32,000 nucleotides of DNA from Sulfolobus acidocaldarius DSM 639 (GCF_000012285.1 NC_007181.1:840001-872000), one strand, 5' to 3'. Shown: positions 8,861 to 18,099, counted from the stretch's first letter. Notes: generated by a model not told the origin, from the sequence alone. Numbers and translations: made by a program.

Positions 8861-10483
8861 TCACTTTCTTCTTATCACAAGATATAGGATCAGCATAACT
8901 GCGATTAAACTCACGATTATTCCTATGTTACCGTAATTAGGATATAATTTTAAACTCTCGTTTATAGGTTGTGTAACAACTATACTCTCCCCTGGGTAAA
9001 GTTTAAATGTCCCAAAATAAACACCTGAATAGTAGAATGGTATTGTCTGGTTAAGTTCTATTTTTGAACCATTATCAACCCATTTACTAATCCCATTTAT
9101 TGTAACTAAATATTGAACCTTAGTACTTACTGATACGTTTAAAGGACTATTTATGGTAAAGTTTAAGGATGGTTGTACCTTTAATATTACTATTCTCATA
9201 TCATTAGATTCATAATATGTGAGATTCTGTATTACAACTTGAGTATCTCCTGGATATAAACCTGTATTTAGAGTGGTATTTATCCCATTCACCTGAGCGC
9301 TCAGCGGTATTTGAGAGTTAACTGTTACAAAATATAGGAACTCATAGTCCGGCACTAACGTTACATTTTTGAACCAAGATGAAGGAAATATTGTGAGTGT
9401 ATTATTATTGGTTTTCAGCATCGCGATAGCTGTTTTATTTATGGAGAAGTCATTAAACATTGTTATCGACAAAGGTGAGTTAATGTAACTCGTGTAATTG
9501 TTTAATAATTTATTGTTAATCACCAGTGGCACTTTACTCGTTATACGAACATACGTGAAGGAAGGCTGTGGAGGAGTAAAGTTAGTATCAAGTAGCTGGA
9601 AGTTCTCTGAGCCAACTCTCACTAATGCGTAGCCCTGATTACTCAGAGAGACATTAAGATTGTAAGCTCCTTCAGCCGTATCAAATCCATAGTCAAAAAT
9701 GTTTTTGAATGGTTTCCACTGCTGATCTGACAAATAATACATAGCCAGAAGGCTTGACATGTTTTCAAAGCTGGTTTTTTCCCCGTTAGAGAGTCCTCCC
9801 CAGACAAGTTCACAATCTTCCAGCATGCCTAGATAAGGCACATTTTCTATAACCTCACTGGGAGTATAGGAGTCATTAACTATTATGGATGCACCTTGAA
9901 CTCCATTAATTCTCAGTTGGACTTCATCATAAGTTTCAACTACAGGAGGAATAACAGTCGAATTTTGAACAATTACATATCCAAACTCTACTGTAACTAG
10001 AGATCCAGAGTATGATGTGTTTATAAACATGTAAAACGAGAAGGGATAGTTGTATCTAATCGGGTAATTAGAAGTATAACCATAGAAACTTTGTCCATAA
10101 GGACCGTTAGATATTGTGTATACTTGACCGTTTCCTTTGACGTTAGATATTTGCGTATATGGCGTTGTAACATTCCACACATTATCTAAAAAATAAGCCA
10201 CTTTATCATTTGTTAGAAATGACGCAACATTCTGCAACCAAAAGTAGTAAGTTTTTGATGTGGTAGTATTCACTTGTAGCATTACATTAAGCTGTAGGGA
10301 AGCTCCATAAGGATTTTGAGACGAGTTACTATAAGCTAGCAAGGAACTTATGTTTGCATAACCCAGTACAGAGGGGGTAAGTATAGTCCCCTGATAGCTT
10401 GATATTCCAATTGGGACAGCTGAGAAGTGAACGCAAAGTGCGCAGGTTAGGAGGTAGAGTATCAAATAAACTGATTTTTTCAT
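8861..10483 (-). CDS. thermopsin-like (peptidase A5-like) secreted glycoprotein with C-terminal membrane anchor
   Basis: N-terminal signal-like [25 protein letters not shown]...[12 protein letters not shown]...YYFWLQNV...FLDNVWNV resembles thermopsin family blocks. There are 21 N-x-S/T sequons (counted by eye). C-terminal [26 protein letters not shown] 10483 is preferred because the TATA-like TTTATAA abuts the ATG at 10510. Confidence 0.65.
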   Translation of the reverse strand: MKKSVYLILYLLTCALCVHFSAVPIGISSYQGTILTPSVLGYANISSLLAYSNSSQNPYGASLQLNVMLQVNTTTSKTYYFWLQNVASFLTNDKVAYFLDNVWNVTTPYTQISNVKGNGQVYTISNGPYGQSFYGYTSNYPIRYNYPFSFYMFINTSYSGSLVTVEFGYVIVQNSTVIPPVVETYDEVQLRINGVQGASIIVNDSYTPSEVIENVPYLGMLEDCELVWGGLSNGEKTSFENMSSLLAMYYLSDQQWKPFKNIFDYGFDTAEGAYNLNVSLSNQGYALVRVGSENFQLLDTNFTPPQPSFTYVRITSKVPLVINNKLLNNYTSYINSPLSITMFNDFSINKTAIAMLKTNNNTLTIFPSSWFKNVTLVPDYEFLYFVTVNSQIPLSAQVNGINTTLNTGLYPGDTQVVIQNLTYYESNDMRIVILKVQPSLNFTINSPLNVSVSTKVQYLVTINGISKWVDNGSKIELNQTIPFYYSGVYFGTFKLYPGESIVVTQPINESLKLYPNYGNIGIIVSLIAVMLILYLVIRRK

Positions 10484-10872
10484 ACCTAAAAATCCCTCAA
10501 GGCACAGCATTTATAAATATTTTGAAGAAAAACTTAATCCCAATATTATTCATGTATTACTTATAGATTTGAAGACGATTGAAGTGATCAAAAGATATCT
10601 AACCAAAAAAATTTTGTAAGCTGAAATTTTTTTAATCTCATTCGATAGATTTGAAATGTATACGGTCTTAACAGGTTCTATCCGAGAGTAACAAATAGTA
10701 ACTACTTGATCTAAGCGATAGTATTTTCACAGGGTAAGAGCTTTATCCAGTAAACGTAAAATTTTTAAATAAATAAGTAAATTTCTCTCCACTCATCACT
10801 TAATCTTATTTTATCGTATTTAAGAAAAATTTTAAATAGTAGTAAATTAAACAATGTTTAAGGTCTCGTTGG

Positions 10873-12171
10873 ATGGTATATAGAGTTAGCATTCTAGGTG
10901 TTAAGGGAGGAGTTGGAAAGTCTACAATAGCTTTGTCCCTTGGAAAGGCTCTAGCCTTGAAGGGAAAGAAAGTTCTTTTGATAGAAAGAGATATGGTAGG
11001 TTATGCATCATTCGCATTCGGAATTAAAAGAAAGGGTATATTGGCTAAATTAGCCGATGGAGAAGAACATTTTGAAGAAAGTTTTAAAAAACTATCTTTT
11101 GGGGACGGGGAACTATCATTATTAAAATTTTATGGCGACGGTGAAAGAGTTTATGACGACCTTAAAAAAGTTATGTCAGATATTTCGTTGAGGGAAAAGC
11201 TCAGCATCTTGGCCAGTAAATTCTTATATGGATACGAGTATTACATCACGGATAATCCACCACTAATAAGCTACAACGATTTAACACTTAAAGTAGAACT
11301 GGACTTATTTTACTCTAATGTGCCTAATCCTAAGGTACTTAGAATTTATGTTTCATCAGCCTCTAGAAATATAATAAACTCTACAATTGATTATTTGAAG
11401 TCATTTGAAAGCGATGTGAATTACAGAGGGACTCCACTAGCTTTTATAGTAAACATGGTTCCTTCATTGGATGAAGTGGAAAGAATTAGGCAAGAGCTAC
11501 GGGAAGTAATAACAAAACTAGGCGTTAGTTATGGAATAGCTATTCCTTTATACAGGGAGATCATGGAGAAATCACAAGAGAACATCTTGGACTTACCAGT
11601 TGTAGATGAAATAAACTATTTAGCAGACAACATTATAAAAGAGAGGTTTGAGGAAAAAGCTGTATATATCTCCACGCAAGGTGGGGAAGCTTTAAGCGGC
11701 GTGACGTTGATTACACAAGAACCTGGGGGAAATGGTATTTTAGCAATAATGAATTCCATAAATAAGGCAGTAGTGGAAGGATCACATGTTGTAGTAGTCT
11801 ATACAAAAGAAAAGATAACCGAAATATTAAGGTCAAACGGAATTAAATTTGTGGGAATATCTATCTTACCGAAATATAAGGAGGAGAGATTTAAGATGAA
11901 GACTATTGCTGATGTGCTCAAACTAGCCCATAGATTAGCCAATGATATTGTCTACAAAATTCAAGACCTAGATAATCCTGTGATAATTGTACACAGAACT
12001 AATGACATTTCTCCTGCTGTTGATAATACAGCCTATTTAGACGAGTTCTGGAACTCATTCATAAATTCAATGAGGAACAAGAGAAGTGTGAAGATTGTGT
12101 TGATATGCGATAAGATCAAAGATGAATGTGATGTGATAAAATCTTATGCTGATAAAATTATAGAAGTGTAA
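10873..12171 (+). CDS. ParA/MinD-family P-loop ATPase fused to a degenerate KaiC/RecA-like C-terminal domain
   Basis: Deviant Walker A GVKGGVGKST, LLIERD (A'), YYITDNPP (Walker B-like). The C-terminal ~170 aa (GVTLITQEPGGNGILAIM...HVVVVYTKEKITEIL...VIIVHRTND...ADKIIEV) follow the KaiC/RecA layout but lack the GKT lysine. Confidence 0.8.
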   Translation: MVYRVSILGVKGGVGKSTIALSLGKALALKGKKVLLIERDMVGYASFAFGIKRKGILAKLADGEEHFEESFKKLSFGDGELSLLKFYGDGERVYDDLKKVMSDISLREKLSILASKFLYGYEYYITDNPPLISYNDLTLKVELDLFYSNVPNPKVLRIYVSSASRNIINSTIDYLKSFESDVNYRGTPLAFIVNMVPSLDEVERIRQELREVITKLGVSYGIAIPLYREIMEKSQENILDLPVVDEINYLADNIIKERFEEKAVYISTQGGEALSGVTLITQEPGGNGILAIMNSINKAVVEGSHVVVVYTKEKITEILRSNGIKFVGISILPKYKEERFKMKTIADVLKLAHRLANDIVYKIQDLDNPVIIVHRTNDISPAVDNTAYLDEFWNSFINSMRNKRSVKIVLICDKIKDECDVIKSYADKIIEV

Positions 12172-12177
12172 TAAAAT

Positions 12178-13680
12178 ATGCCTAAGGTCTTAAACGTAGT
12201 ATTCTTTTTTTCACCTTTGATAATTTCAGCGGTTATAACTTATTTCACGTGGGTGAAAATTGAGACAATATTGATAGACTTTGGGTTATGGCTCGCCATG
12301 GTTACGGCATTTTATATATTTCTTAACTTTTACCTACTTTTGAGGAGAAGTAAAAGATATAATATTGAAGTAGCAGACGAGATGACTGGTTTTAAAATAG
12401 CAGCATTTGTCACCTCGTTTAATGAGGATCCAGAGATCGTGGAGAGGACTTTACTATCAGTTAAGGACGCTGTAAGTAATCAAGGAGATGTATTTTTATT
12501 AGATGACTCCACTGATGAAAATATTTCGAGGAGGCTGAGAGAGTTTTGTACTAGGAACGATATAAATTATGTTCATAGAAAAGATAGGAGAGGTTATAAA
12601 GCTGGTGCCATAAATGATGCATTGAGGAGAATTCAGGGATATGATTTAGTAGCGATATTCGACGCGGACCAAAGACCTGTTAGGGACTTTTTCAAACAAG
12701 TTCTACCATATTTCAAGGATCCTAAGATAGCCTTTGTTCAAGTTCCTCAAAACTATTCTGAGACTTTCTCAGGTATTTCTACAGGGGCGAAATATCAGCA
12801 GGAACCCTTTCTGAGAATTATAATGAGAGGTAGAAGTGGTAGGTCAGCATTCTCTCTTGGCTCTGGAACAGTTTTCAGAATACAGGCTCTAAGGGAAGTT
12901 GGTTATTTGCCAGAAAACAGTATTACTGAGGATGCAGCTGTTTCTATAAAGCTTCACTCTAAGGGCTATAATTCTGTATATATAGACGTACCACTAATAT
13001 GGTATGGGGAACCACCACAGGATCTGAATGCATACTTAATTCAGCAGTCCAGGTGGGCTCTTGGCTACTTCCAATTAACTAAGGACATAATTAAGGCAGA
13101 CCTAAGTTTCCTAAAGTATTATGATTATTTTTCAGGCTTCCTTTACTGGATAAAGGAAGGTCCATTGGCAATAGTAGAGTTTATTTCACCTATCGTATTT
13201 CTACTAACGGAAATACCTATTCTCAGAATTAATCCTATCCTTTACTTACTGGTTTATCTCCCATATCTTTTCATAAGCATAGGAATATTCGTGGCTGGAA
13301 TAAGAGAGGAGACAGAATATGGGCTAAAAGGGTTCTTTTACCATCAATGTGTAGAGTTTTTAGAATTTACAGCAGTAACTGCGTCTTTTATATCTTGGTT
13401 GTTGGGTAGAAAAAGACCCTTTAGAGTAACACCTAAGGGAGGTGGAAGACTTAACCTCAGAATACTGTTACCCCATATTGTCATCTTACTATTGCTTATC
13501 GTAAGTACTGTGAAAGGAATTCTCTGGTTGATTTCTGCAAATTCAAATTTCCTTCTATATTACGCAATAATTGTGAATGTGTTCTGGGCAATTTACCATA
13601 TACCCTTCTTCCTCGGAGGAATCTTAATTTCTGCTAGATTTAAGACAAGGGAGAATTTAACAAAAGTGGTCTATTATTAG
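12178..13680 (+). CDS. processive family-2 glycosyltransferase (cellulose/chitin/hyaluronan-synthase-like)
   Basis: Two N-terminal TM segments, then a GT-A core with LLDDSTD, FDADQ, SITEDAA (TED) and QQSRWALG (QxxRW), then about 4 C-terminal TM segments. It starts 6 nt after the ParA-like gene. Confidence 0.85.
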   Translation: MPKVLNVVFFFSPLIISAVITYFTWVKIETILIDFGLWLAMVTAFYIFLNFYLLLRRSKRYNIEVADEMTGFKIAAFVTSFNEDPEIVERTLLSVKDAVSNQGDVFLLDDSTDENISRRLREFCTRNDINYVHRKDRRGYKAGAINDALRRIQGYDLVAIFDADQRPVRDFFKQVLPYFKDPKIAFVQVPQNYSETFSGISTGAKYQQEPFLRIIMRGRSGRSAFSLGSGTVFRIQALREVGYLPENSITEDAAVSIKLHSKGYNSVYIDVPLIWYGEPPQDLNAYLIQQSRWALGYFQLTKDIIKADLSFLKYYDYFSGFLYWIKEGPLAIVEFISPIVFLLTEIPILRINPILYLLVYLPYLFISIGIFVAGIREETEYGLKGFFYHQCVEFLEFTAVTASFISWLLGRKRPFRVTPKGGGRLNLRILLPHIVILLLLIVSTVKGILWLISANSNFLLYYAIIVNVFWAIYHIPFFLGGILISARFKTRENLTKVVYY

Positions 13681-13735
13681 TTTTATTACATCAGTTCTGA
13701 TAAAAGATTTATATAGTTTAAAAAGTTATAAGATA

Positions 13736-14056
13736 GTGATAAAATTGGTTGTTTTCATAGTTTTATCAAGTTTAACAGATGATGGTGCTAAGACAATAGT
13801 AGGCAAACCTGAAAGAATAAAAGAGGTAAATGAGGAGCTTGCAAAAATAGGGGCTAAGGTTAAAGAACAATATGTAGTATTTGGCGACATGGATTTTGTG
13901 AATATAGTGGAAGTTGACAACGTAGAAAGCTTTCTAAAGGCACTAGTAGAACTAAATAGTAGAGGAACAGTTAGGACTAGGACTTACCTAGCCATGCCTG
14001 TCGATGACGCTATAAAGGCAATGAAGACAACTCCCTCCATAGGTCACCCAAAATAA
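13736..14056 (+). CDS. GYD-domain protein
   Basis: LTDDGAKTIVGKPERIKEVNEELAKIGAKVKEQYVVFGDMDFVNIVEV...GTVRTRT follows the remembered GYD family pattern (G-Y/M-D-F core). GTG start at 13736. Confidence 0.7.
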   Translation: MIKLVVFIVLSSLTDDGAKTIVGKPERIKEVNEELAKIGAKVKEQYVVFGDMDFVNIVEVDNVESFLKALVELNSRGTVRTRTYLAMPVDDAIKAMKTTPSIGHPK

Positions 14057-14067
14057 GAAATAAATAT

Positions 14068-14080
14068 TTATTTATTTTTT
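14068..14080 (+). terminator. oligo-T tract after GYD gene
   Basis: TTTATTTATTTTTT lies immediately downstream of the stop. Archaeal termination typically uses T-runs. Confidence 0.3.
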
Positions 14081-14417
14081 ATACTTCTAAGCTAATCAGA
14101 CTTTATTCTATGAGATAGAATATTAATGTAAAATTTTTACAACCATGCGTAATTTTAAATTATAGTCTCACAACTTAGTTTTAATAATAAATTATTGGTT
14201 TAGATTATCTATTTACTAGGAAAACTAGAGAATATGGTAAAAAATTCTAGGTTTTCTCATGAAATTTGGATTCTTTGCGCGTGTACATGTTCTGAATGTC
14301 CAGATACACGAGAAAATGAATTTAAATCTTTCAATCTGTTAGTCACTTTGACATATACTTCGGCGTCAAAATAATATATAATCCTTTATATTCTCAGCTC
14401 AATATAGGTTTACCTAT

Positions 14418-15068
14418 ATGATGATTAGAATAGGAAAAATATCTAAGGACGAGGAAGAATATTACTTTGTCTTTGACAAGACCTGGAGGTATGTAAAACT
14501 GAAGTACAAGACTTGGCACTCAGTAAGGTCTATAAGGTATTTAGAGGGAGAGATTGACGAGAGTCAAGGAAGCTTAGTCAAAAGGGTTTATAAAAGGCGT
14601 AATAAAGTAGTGAGCGTTGAATACTTTTTATTTGAAGGGGACACTCTCAAGGATATTCAATGCTCTCCCCGACTAAAACTTTCCTATGGAGAAATCTATG
14701 TTTGTGAGACAGCTTCATTAAGGATATATAGATTCGACAACAGATACTTTGAGGACAAAAACAGCCTGATGGAGTATATTATCTCTAGCGTAAGAAGGAA
14801 TATGAGAAGCAGAGTGGAGAACGAGACCATAAAATTAAAAGGAGTTTTGGAAGGAGAAAGTGAAAAGGCGTATTTGATAAAGTTTGATAACAAGAAATTA
14901 TGGGTTCCAAAGAGTATAGGGATATATTACGATTCTGGGGACGTGGAAATTCCTGTATGGTTCGCAGAAAAGCAAGGTTTGATAAGTAAGAGAGATAACG
15001 AAACTAAAGTGAATTCAGAGTATAAGAAGATGGAAGAGGAAATAAATAGACTTATTTTTGAACTTTAG
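14418..15068 (+). CDS. hypothetical protein (orphan, flanked by long AT-rich spacers)
   Basis: 216-aa ORF starting ATGATG at 14418. The C-terminal segment (ESEKAYLIKFDNKKLWVPKSIGIYYDSGDVEIPVWFAEKQGL) resembles a EKA..L....WxPKS....P.W pattern I recall from phage/plasmid proteins (memory only). Confidence 0.5.
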   Translation: MMIRIGKISKDEEEYYFVFDKTWRYVKLKYKTWHSVRSIRYLEGEIDESQGSLVKRVYKRRNKVVSVEYFLFEGDTLKDIQCSPRLKLSYGEIYVCETASLRIYRFDNRYFEDKNSLMEYIISSVRRNMRSRVENETIKLKGVLEGESEKAYLIKFDNKKLWVPKSIGIYYDSGDVEIPVWFAEKQGLISKRDNETKVNSEYKKMEEEINRLIFEL

Positions 15069-15384
15069 CAATTTCAGATAATATGAAACTAACAGAATAT
15101 GTGGCTAATTATGACGTATGATACAAGACTTTTATAAATTACACACCTATAGTGTACTATATCTTTTAAGGTAAGTTATATATTTTTACTAAAATATTAA
15201 GTTGTTCTTGTTTAGTATTTTAATGTATAATAACCTCTATCCAGATCATTGTAAAAATGCTAGCATAAAGGTAATAGATTCGAAAAGTTGAATATATTAC
15301 TCGTATTCTATAACTAAAAAACTTAATTTTTATCTATAAGAATTTCATTTCATTAAGGTTTTTAATTGTTAAAAAAGTAAAGTA

Positions 15385-17076
15385 ATGAATTTAATTATGT
15401 ATGTCAAAAATAATATTATGGAAATTGTTAAAGGAAGACCCTCAACCATGAATGATTCATATCAGCTTAATGTGCATAAACTACTTGAACATGCAGCAAG
15501 AGTTCACGGAGATACAGAAGTAATTTCAGATAGGAGGCTACAAGGAGGTCTACGGCATAGATTCACATATAGACAGGTCTACGAAAGGGTGAATAGGATA
15601 GCAAACGCATTTGAAAGAGAGTTGAACGTAGCTCCAGGGGATATTGTCGGAGTCCTGGACTGGAATGACCACAGATATTATGAGTCCTATTTCTCCTTAC
15701 CGTCAATAGGAGCAGTAACGTTAGAACTTAACATAAGATTACACCCTACAGAGTTGGGCTATATTATAAAGCACACTAAACCTAAGGGTTTACTAGTTGA
15801 TGACTCTTTGTTACAACTGGCTGAGGTTCTCTCCAAAGAACACGATTTTAGCTTTATCCTAGTTATGAGTGATAAACCTGTAGAAGAAATAAAGACTAAC
15901 CTTAGAGTTCTAGGTTACGAGGAGTTGTTGAGATCCAATTCTCCTAACAGACCTTCTCTTACTGTTGACGAGAGATCTGCAGCCACTGCAGCCTTTACTT
16001 CAGGTACTACAGGTCTGCCTAAAGGAGTTTTTTACTCTCATAGATCCATAATTCTCCATGCAATGGCTGTAGCAATAGGGAACTCTCTAACCCCATCAGA
16101 CGTTGGTCTGCAAATAGTTCCCATGTTTCACGCAAATGCATGGGGAACTCCTTTCGCAAGTACGATGATGGGAATGAAAATGATTTATCCAGGGAGATAT
16201 ACTCCAGACACATTAGTAGAACACATTGTGACCCATAAAGTAACTGTGACAGCAGGAGTCCCTACTATACTCCTAGAAATCGTGAGAAGATTACAGCAAA
16301 TGGGAGTGAAAACCCCTGGTTTAAGAATAACTAGCGGTGGAAGCGAACCACCTTCTGCACTAGCGAAAGCCTTTATGGAATTAGGAGGAAGAGTGATTCA
16401 GGGATACGGGGCTACTGAAACAAGCCCATTGGTTTCGATGGCTCTTCCTAAAGCGGAATTGAAAGAATTAAGTGATATAGAGAGATTTGAGAAAATGAAA
16501 CAAGGGTTACCGATTTTCGGCGCAGAGGTAAAGGTAGTTGATCCAATTACTAATCAGGAGTTGCCGTGGGACGGTAAGAGTTTTGGTGAGATCTGGCTTA
16601 GAGGACCCTGGATTGCCAAAGAATACTATAATGATCCGAGAAGTTCAGAGAGGTTCACCCCTGATGGTTGGTGGAGGAGTGGTGATGTTGGTGTTGTTGA
16701 TCCTCTGGGTTATATTAGGCTTGTTGATAGGTTGAAGGATGTGATTAAGAGTGGTGGTGAGTGGATTAGTAGTATTGATTTGGAGAACTTTTTGATGGCT
16801 CATCCTTATGTTAGGGAGGCTAGTGTTGTTGGTGTTCCCCACCCTAAGTGGGGTGAGAGACCATTGGCTGTGGTCTCACTTAAACCTGAGTATCAGAGTA
16901 AGGACAAGGAGGAGGTAAAGAAGGAGTTAAGGGAGCATCTTTTGAAGAGGTTTGCCAAGTGGCAGTTACCAGATGATTTTATCTTTGTTGATGAAATACC
17001 TAAAACTAGTGTTGGTAAGTTCAGAAAAGAGGAGATAAGGAGCAAATATAAGGATATTTATATGGGAAACGGATAA
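15385..17076 (+). CDS. acyl-CoA synthetase (AMP-forming, ANL superfamily)
   Basis: AMP-binding signature TSGTTGLPKGV, GYGATET, GWWRSGD and a C-terminal PKTSVGKFRK lysine motif. The start is ambiguous (ATG at 15385, 15397, 15418 or 15448). Confidence 0.85.
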   Translation: MNLIMYVKNNIMEIVKGRPSTMNDSYQLNVHKLLEHAARVHGDTEVISDRRLQGGLRHRFTYRQVYERVNRIANAFERELNVAPGDIVGVLDWNDHRYYESYFSLPSIGAVTLELNIRLHPTELGYIIKHTKPKGLLVDDSLLQLAEVLSKEHDFSFILVMSDKPVEEIKTNLRVLGYEELLRSNSPNRPSLTVDERSAATAAFTSGTTGLPKGVFYSHRSIILHAMAVAIGNSLTPSDVGLQIVPMFHANAWGTPFASTMMGMKMIYPGRYTPDTLVEHIVTHKVTVTAGVPTILLEIVRRLQQMGVKTPGLRITSGGSEPPSALAKAFMELGGRVIQGYGATETSPLVSMALPKAELKELSDIERFEKMKQGLPIFGAEVKVVDPITNQELPWDGKSFGEIWLRGPWIAKEYYNDPRSSERFTPDGWWRSGDVGVVDPLGYIRLVDRLKDVIKSGGEWISSIDLENFLMAHPYVREASVVGVPHPKWGERPLAVVSLKPEYQSKDKEEVKKELREHLLKRFAKWQLPDDFIFVDEIPKTSVGKFRKEEIRSKYKDIYMGNG

Positions 17077-17102
17077 CAACTGGTTTTGTAACTCTCTAAG
17101 AT

Positions 17103-17120
17103 TTTTACTTATTTCTTTTT
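17103..17120 (+). terminator. T-rich tract after acyl-CoA synthetase
   Basis: TTTTACTTATTTCTTTTT about 30 nt after the stop codon. Confidence 0.3.
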
Positions 17121-17156
17121 GATCAACTGCTTAAAGGATTATATCTTATACAAATT

Positions 17157-17192
17157 GAGGAAAGCCTCACCCTTTTGGCGGTGAGGAAGTCA
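17157..17192 (+). repeat. intergenic hairpin motif, copy A (GAGG-AAAG-CCTCACC-loop-GGTGAGG-AAGTCA)
   Basis: Perfect 7-bp stem CCTCACC (17165-17171) / GGTGAGG (17180-17186). It ends in GAGGAAGTCA, which is shared exactly with copies at 23482-23491 and 27288-27297. Confidence 0.6.
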
Positions 17193-17208
17193 AAATTAAT
17201 GATATGAA

Positions 17209-17228
17209 AAATCTTAATATATTTAAAC
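17209..17228 (+). promoter_or_regulatory. BRE/TATA-like promoter of 17245 gene
   Basis: AAATCTTAATATATTTAAAC ends about 17 nt before the ATG. AAATCTTAATA is shared with the crn1 promoter (27375-27385). Confidence 0.45.
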
Positions 17229-17244
17229 GTCTCTCGTATATCAA

Positions 17245-18099
17245 ATGAACCTAAACTCGCATATTCTATTAGCCCTAGCTTTAGGACTGGCTCTCTTTCA
17301 CAGAGTGGACTTAGCTGTATTAGTTGGAATAGGAGCAGCGATACCTGATTTGGATAGAGAGTATACTCTCTTAAAGAGAGACATATTTAGGAGAATGCAA
17401 TTACACAGAGCATTATTTCATAACATATTTTTCATCATTGCACTTTTTCTATTCAACAAATATATTGGAATAGGAGCTTTAACCCATGTCATTTTTGACG
17501 CTTTTACAAGTCCCTCCGATAGGGGCGTAGAGTTATTTTTCCCCTTGACTAGATTGATAAAGGAATACAAATTAAATTACGAGGGGAAGGAGTCAGGGAG
17601 AGGTAGGAGACCAGCATGGTACTTAGAGGATCCAACTAGATTGGTTGAACGTACTGCTGACAAGGATTTAAGAGAGCCTAAGAAGGAACCATGGAGAAGA
17701 ATATATGGACCATTTAAAAACTCAATGTTAGTGGATTGGGCAGTCTTCTACGCTTCTGGAATATACATTATATTGAATGAACAATTGACAATCGGATTTC
17801 TGAATTGGTTGATCCAATTTCTGTATGTAGTCTTCGTAAAATACATTATAATTTCTATAGGAATAGTCATGTTTTATGCGGCTGGAGAGGTTTGGAGGAG
17901 AAGGAATGTTGGTAGAAGACCGATAATTGTGACTATGGCTATAGGATTCATATTAATCCTGTATCAGGGGAGTCAACTGTTCTCTCCATTGTCAATAGGT
18001 TCACTTGAGGCTGTTTACCTAGTAATTCCGTCATTGGCAGTTGGAATTATTTTAGCCTACCTACACGTTAAGATGAGGAAGAAGGAAGTTGTCTTATGA
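17245..18099 (+). CDS. membrane protein, N-terminal YdjM/DUF457-like metal-dependent hydrolase domain
   Basis: HILLALALGLALF...AAIPDLDREY...LFHNIFF...GALTHVIFDAFT matches the remembered His/Asp pattern of DUF457. The C-terminal half has additional TM segments. Confidence 0.5.
   Translation: MNLNSHILLALALGLALFHRVDLAVLVGIGAAIPDLDREYTLLKRDIFRRMQLHRALFHNIFFIIALFLFNKYIGIGALTHVIFDAFTSPSDRGVELFFPLTRLIKEYKLNYEGKESGRGRRPAWYLEDPTRLVERTADKDLREPKKEPWRRIYGPFKNSMLVDWAVFYASGIYIILNEQLTIGFLNWLIQFLYVVFVKYIIISIGIVMFYAAGEVWRRRNVGRRPIIVTMAIGFILILYQGSQLFSPLSIGSLEAVYLVIPSLAVGIILAYLHVKMRKKEVVL

Noticed and set aside
16538-16842. Two overlapping 65-aa ORFs (plus and minus strand) inside the acyl-CoA synthetase gene
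   Set aside because: They are by-products of the G/T-rich codon tract, which removes stop codons in other frames. The translations are low-complexity (G/V/L-rich or N/T/P-rich).
17157-17225. Interpreting the GAGGAAGTCA hairpin motif as a C/D-box sRNA, tRNA fragment/att site or CRISPR repeat
   Set aside because: CUGA appears on the reverse strand in only two copies, and no consistent RUGAUGA C box is positioned correctly. There is no T-arm-like GGTTC-N-ATCC. There is only one copy per locus, with no spacer periodicity.
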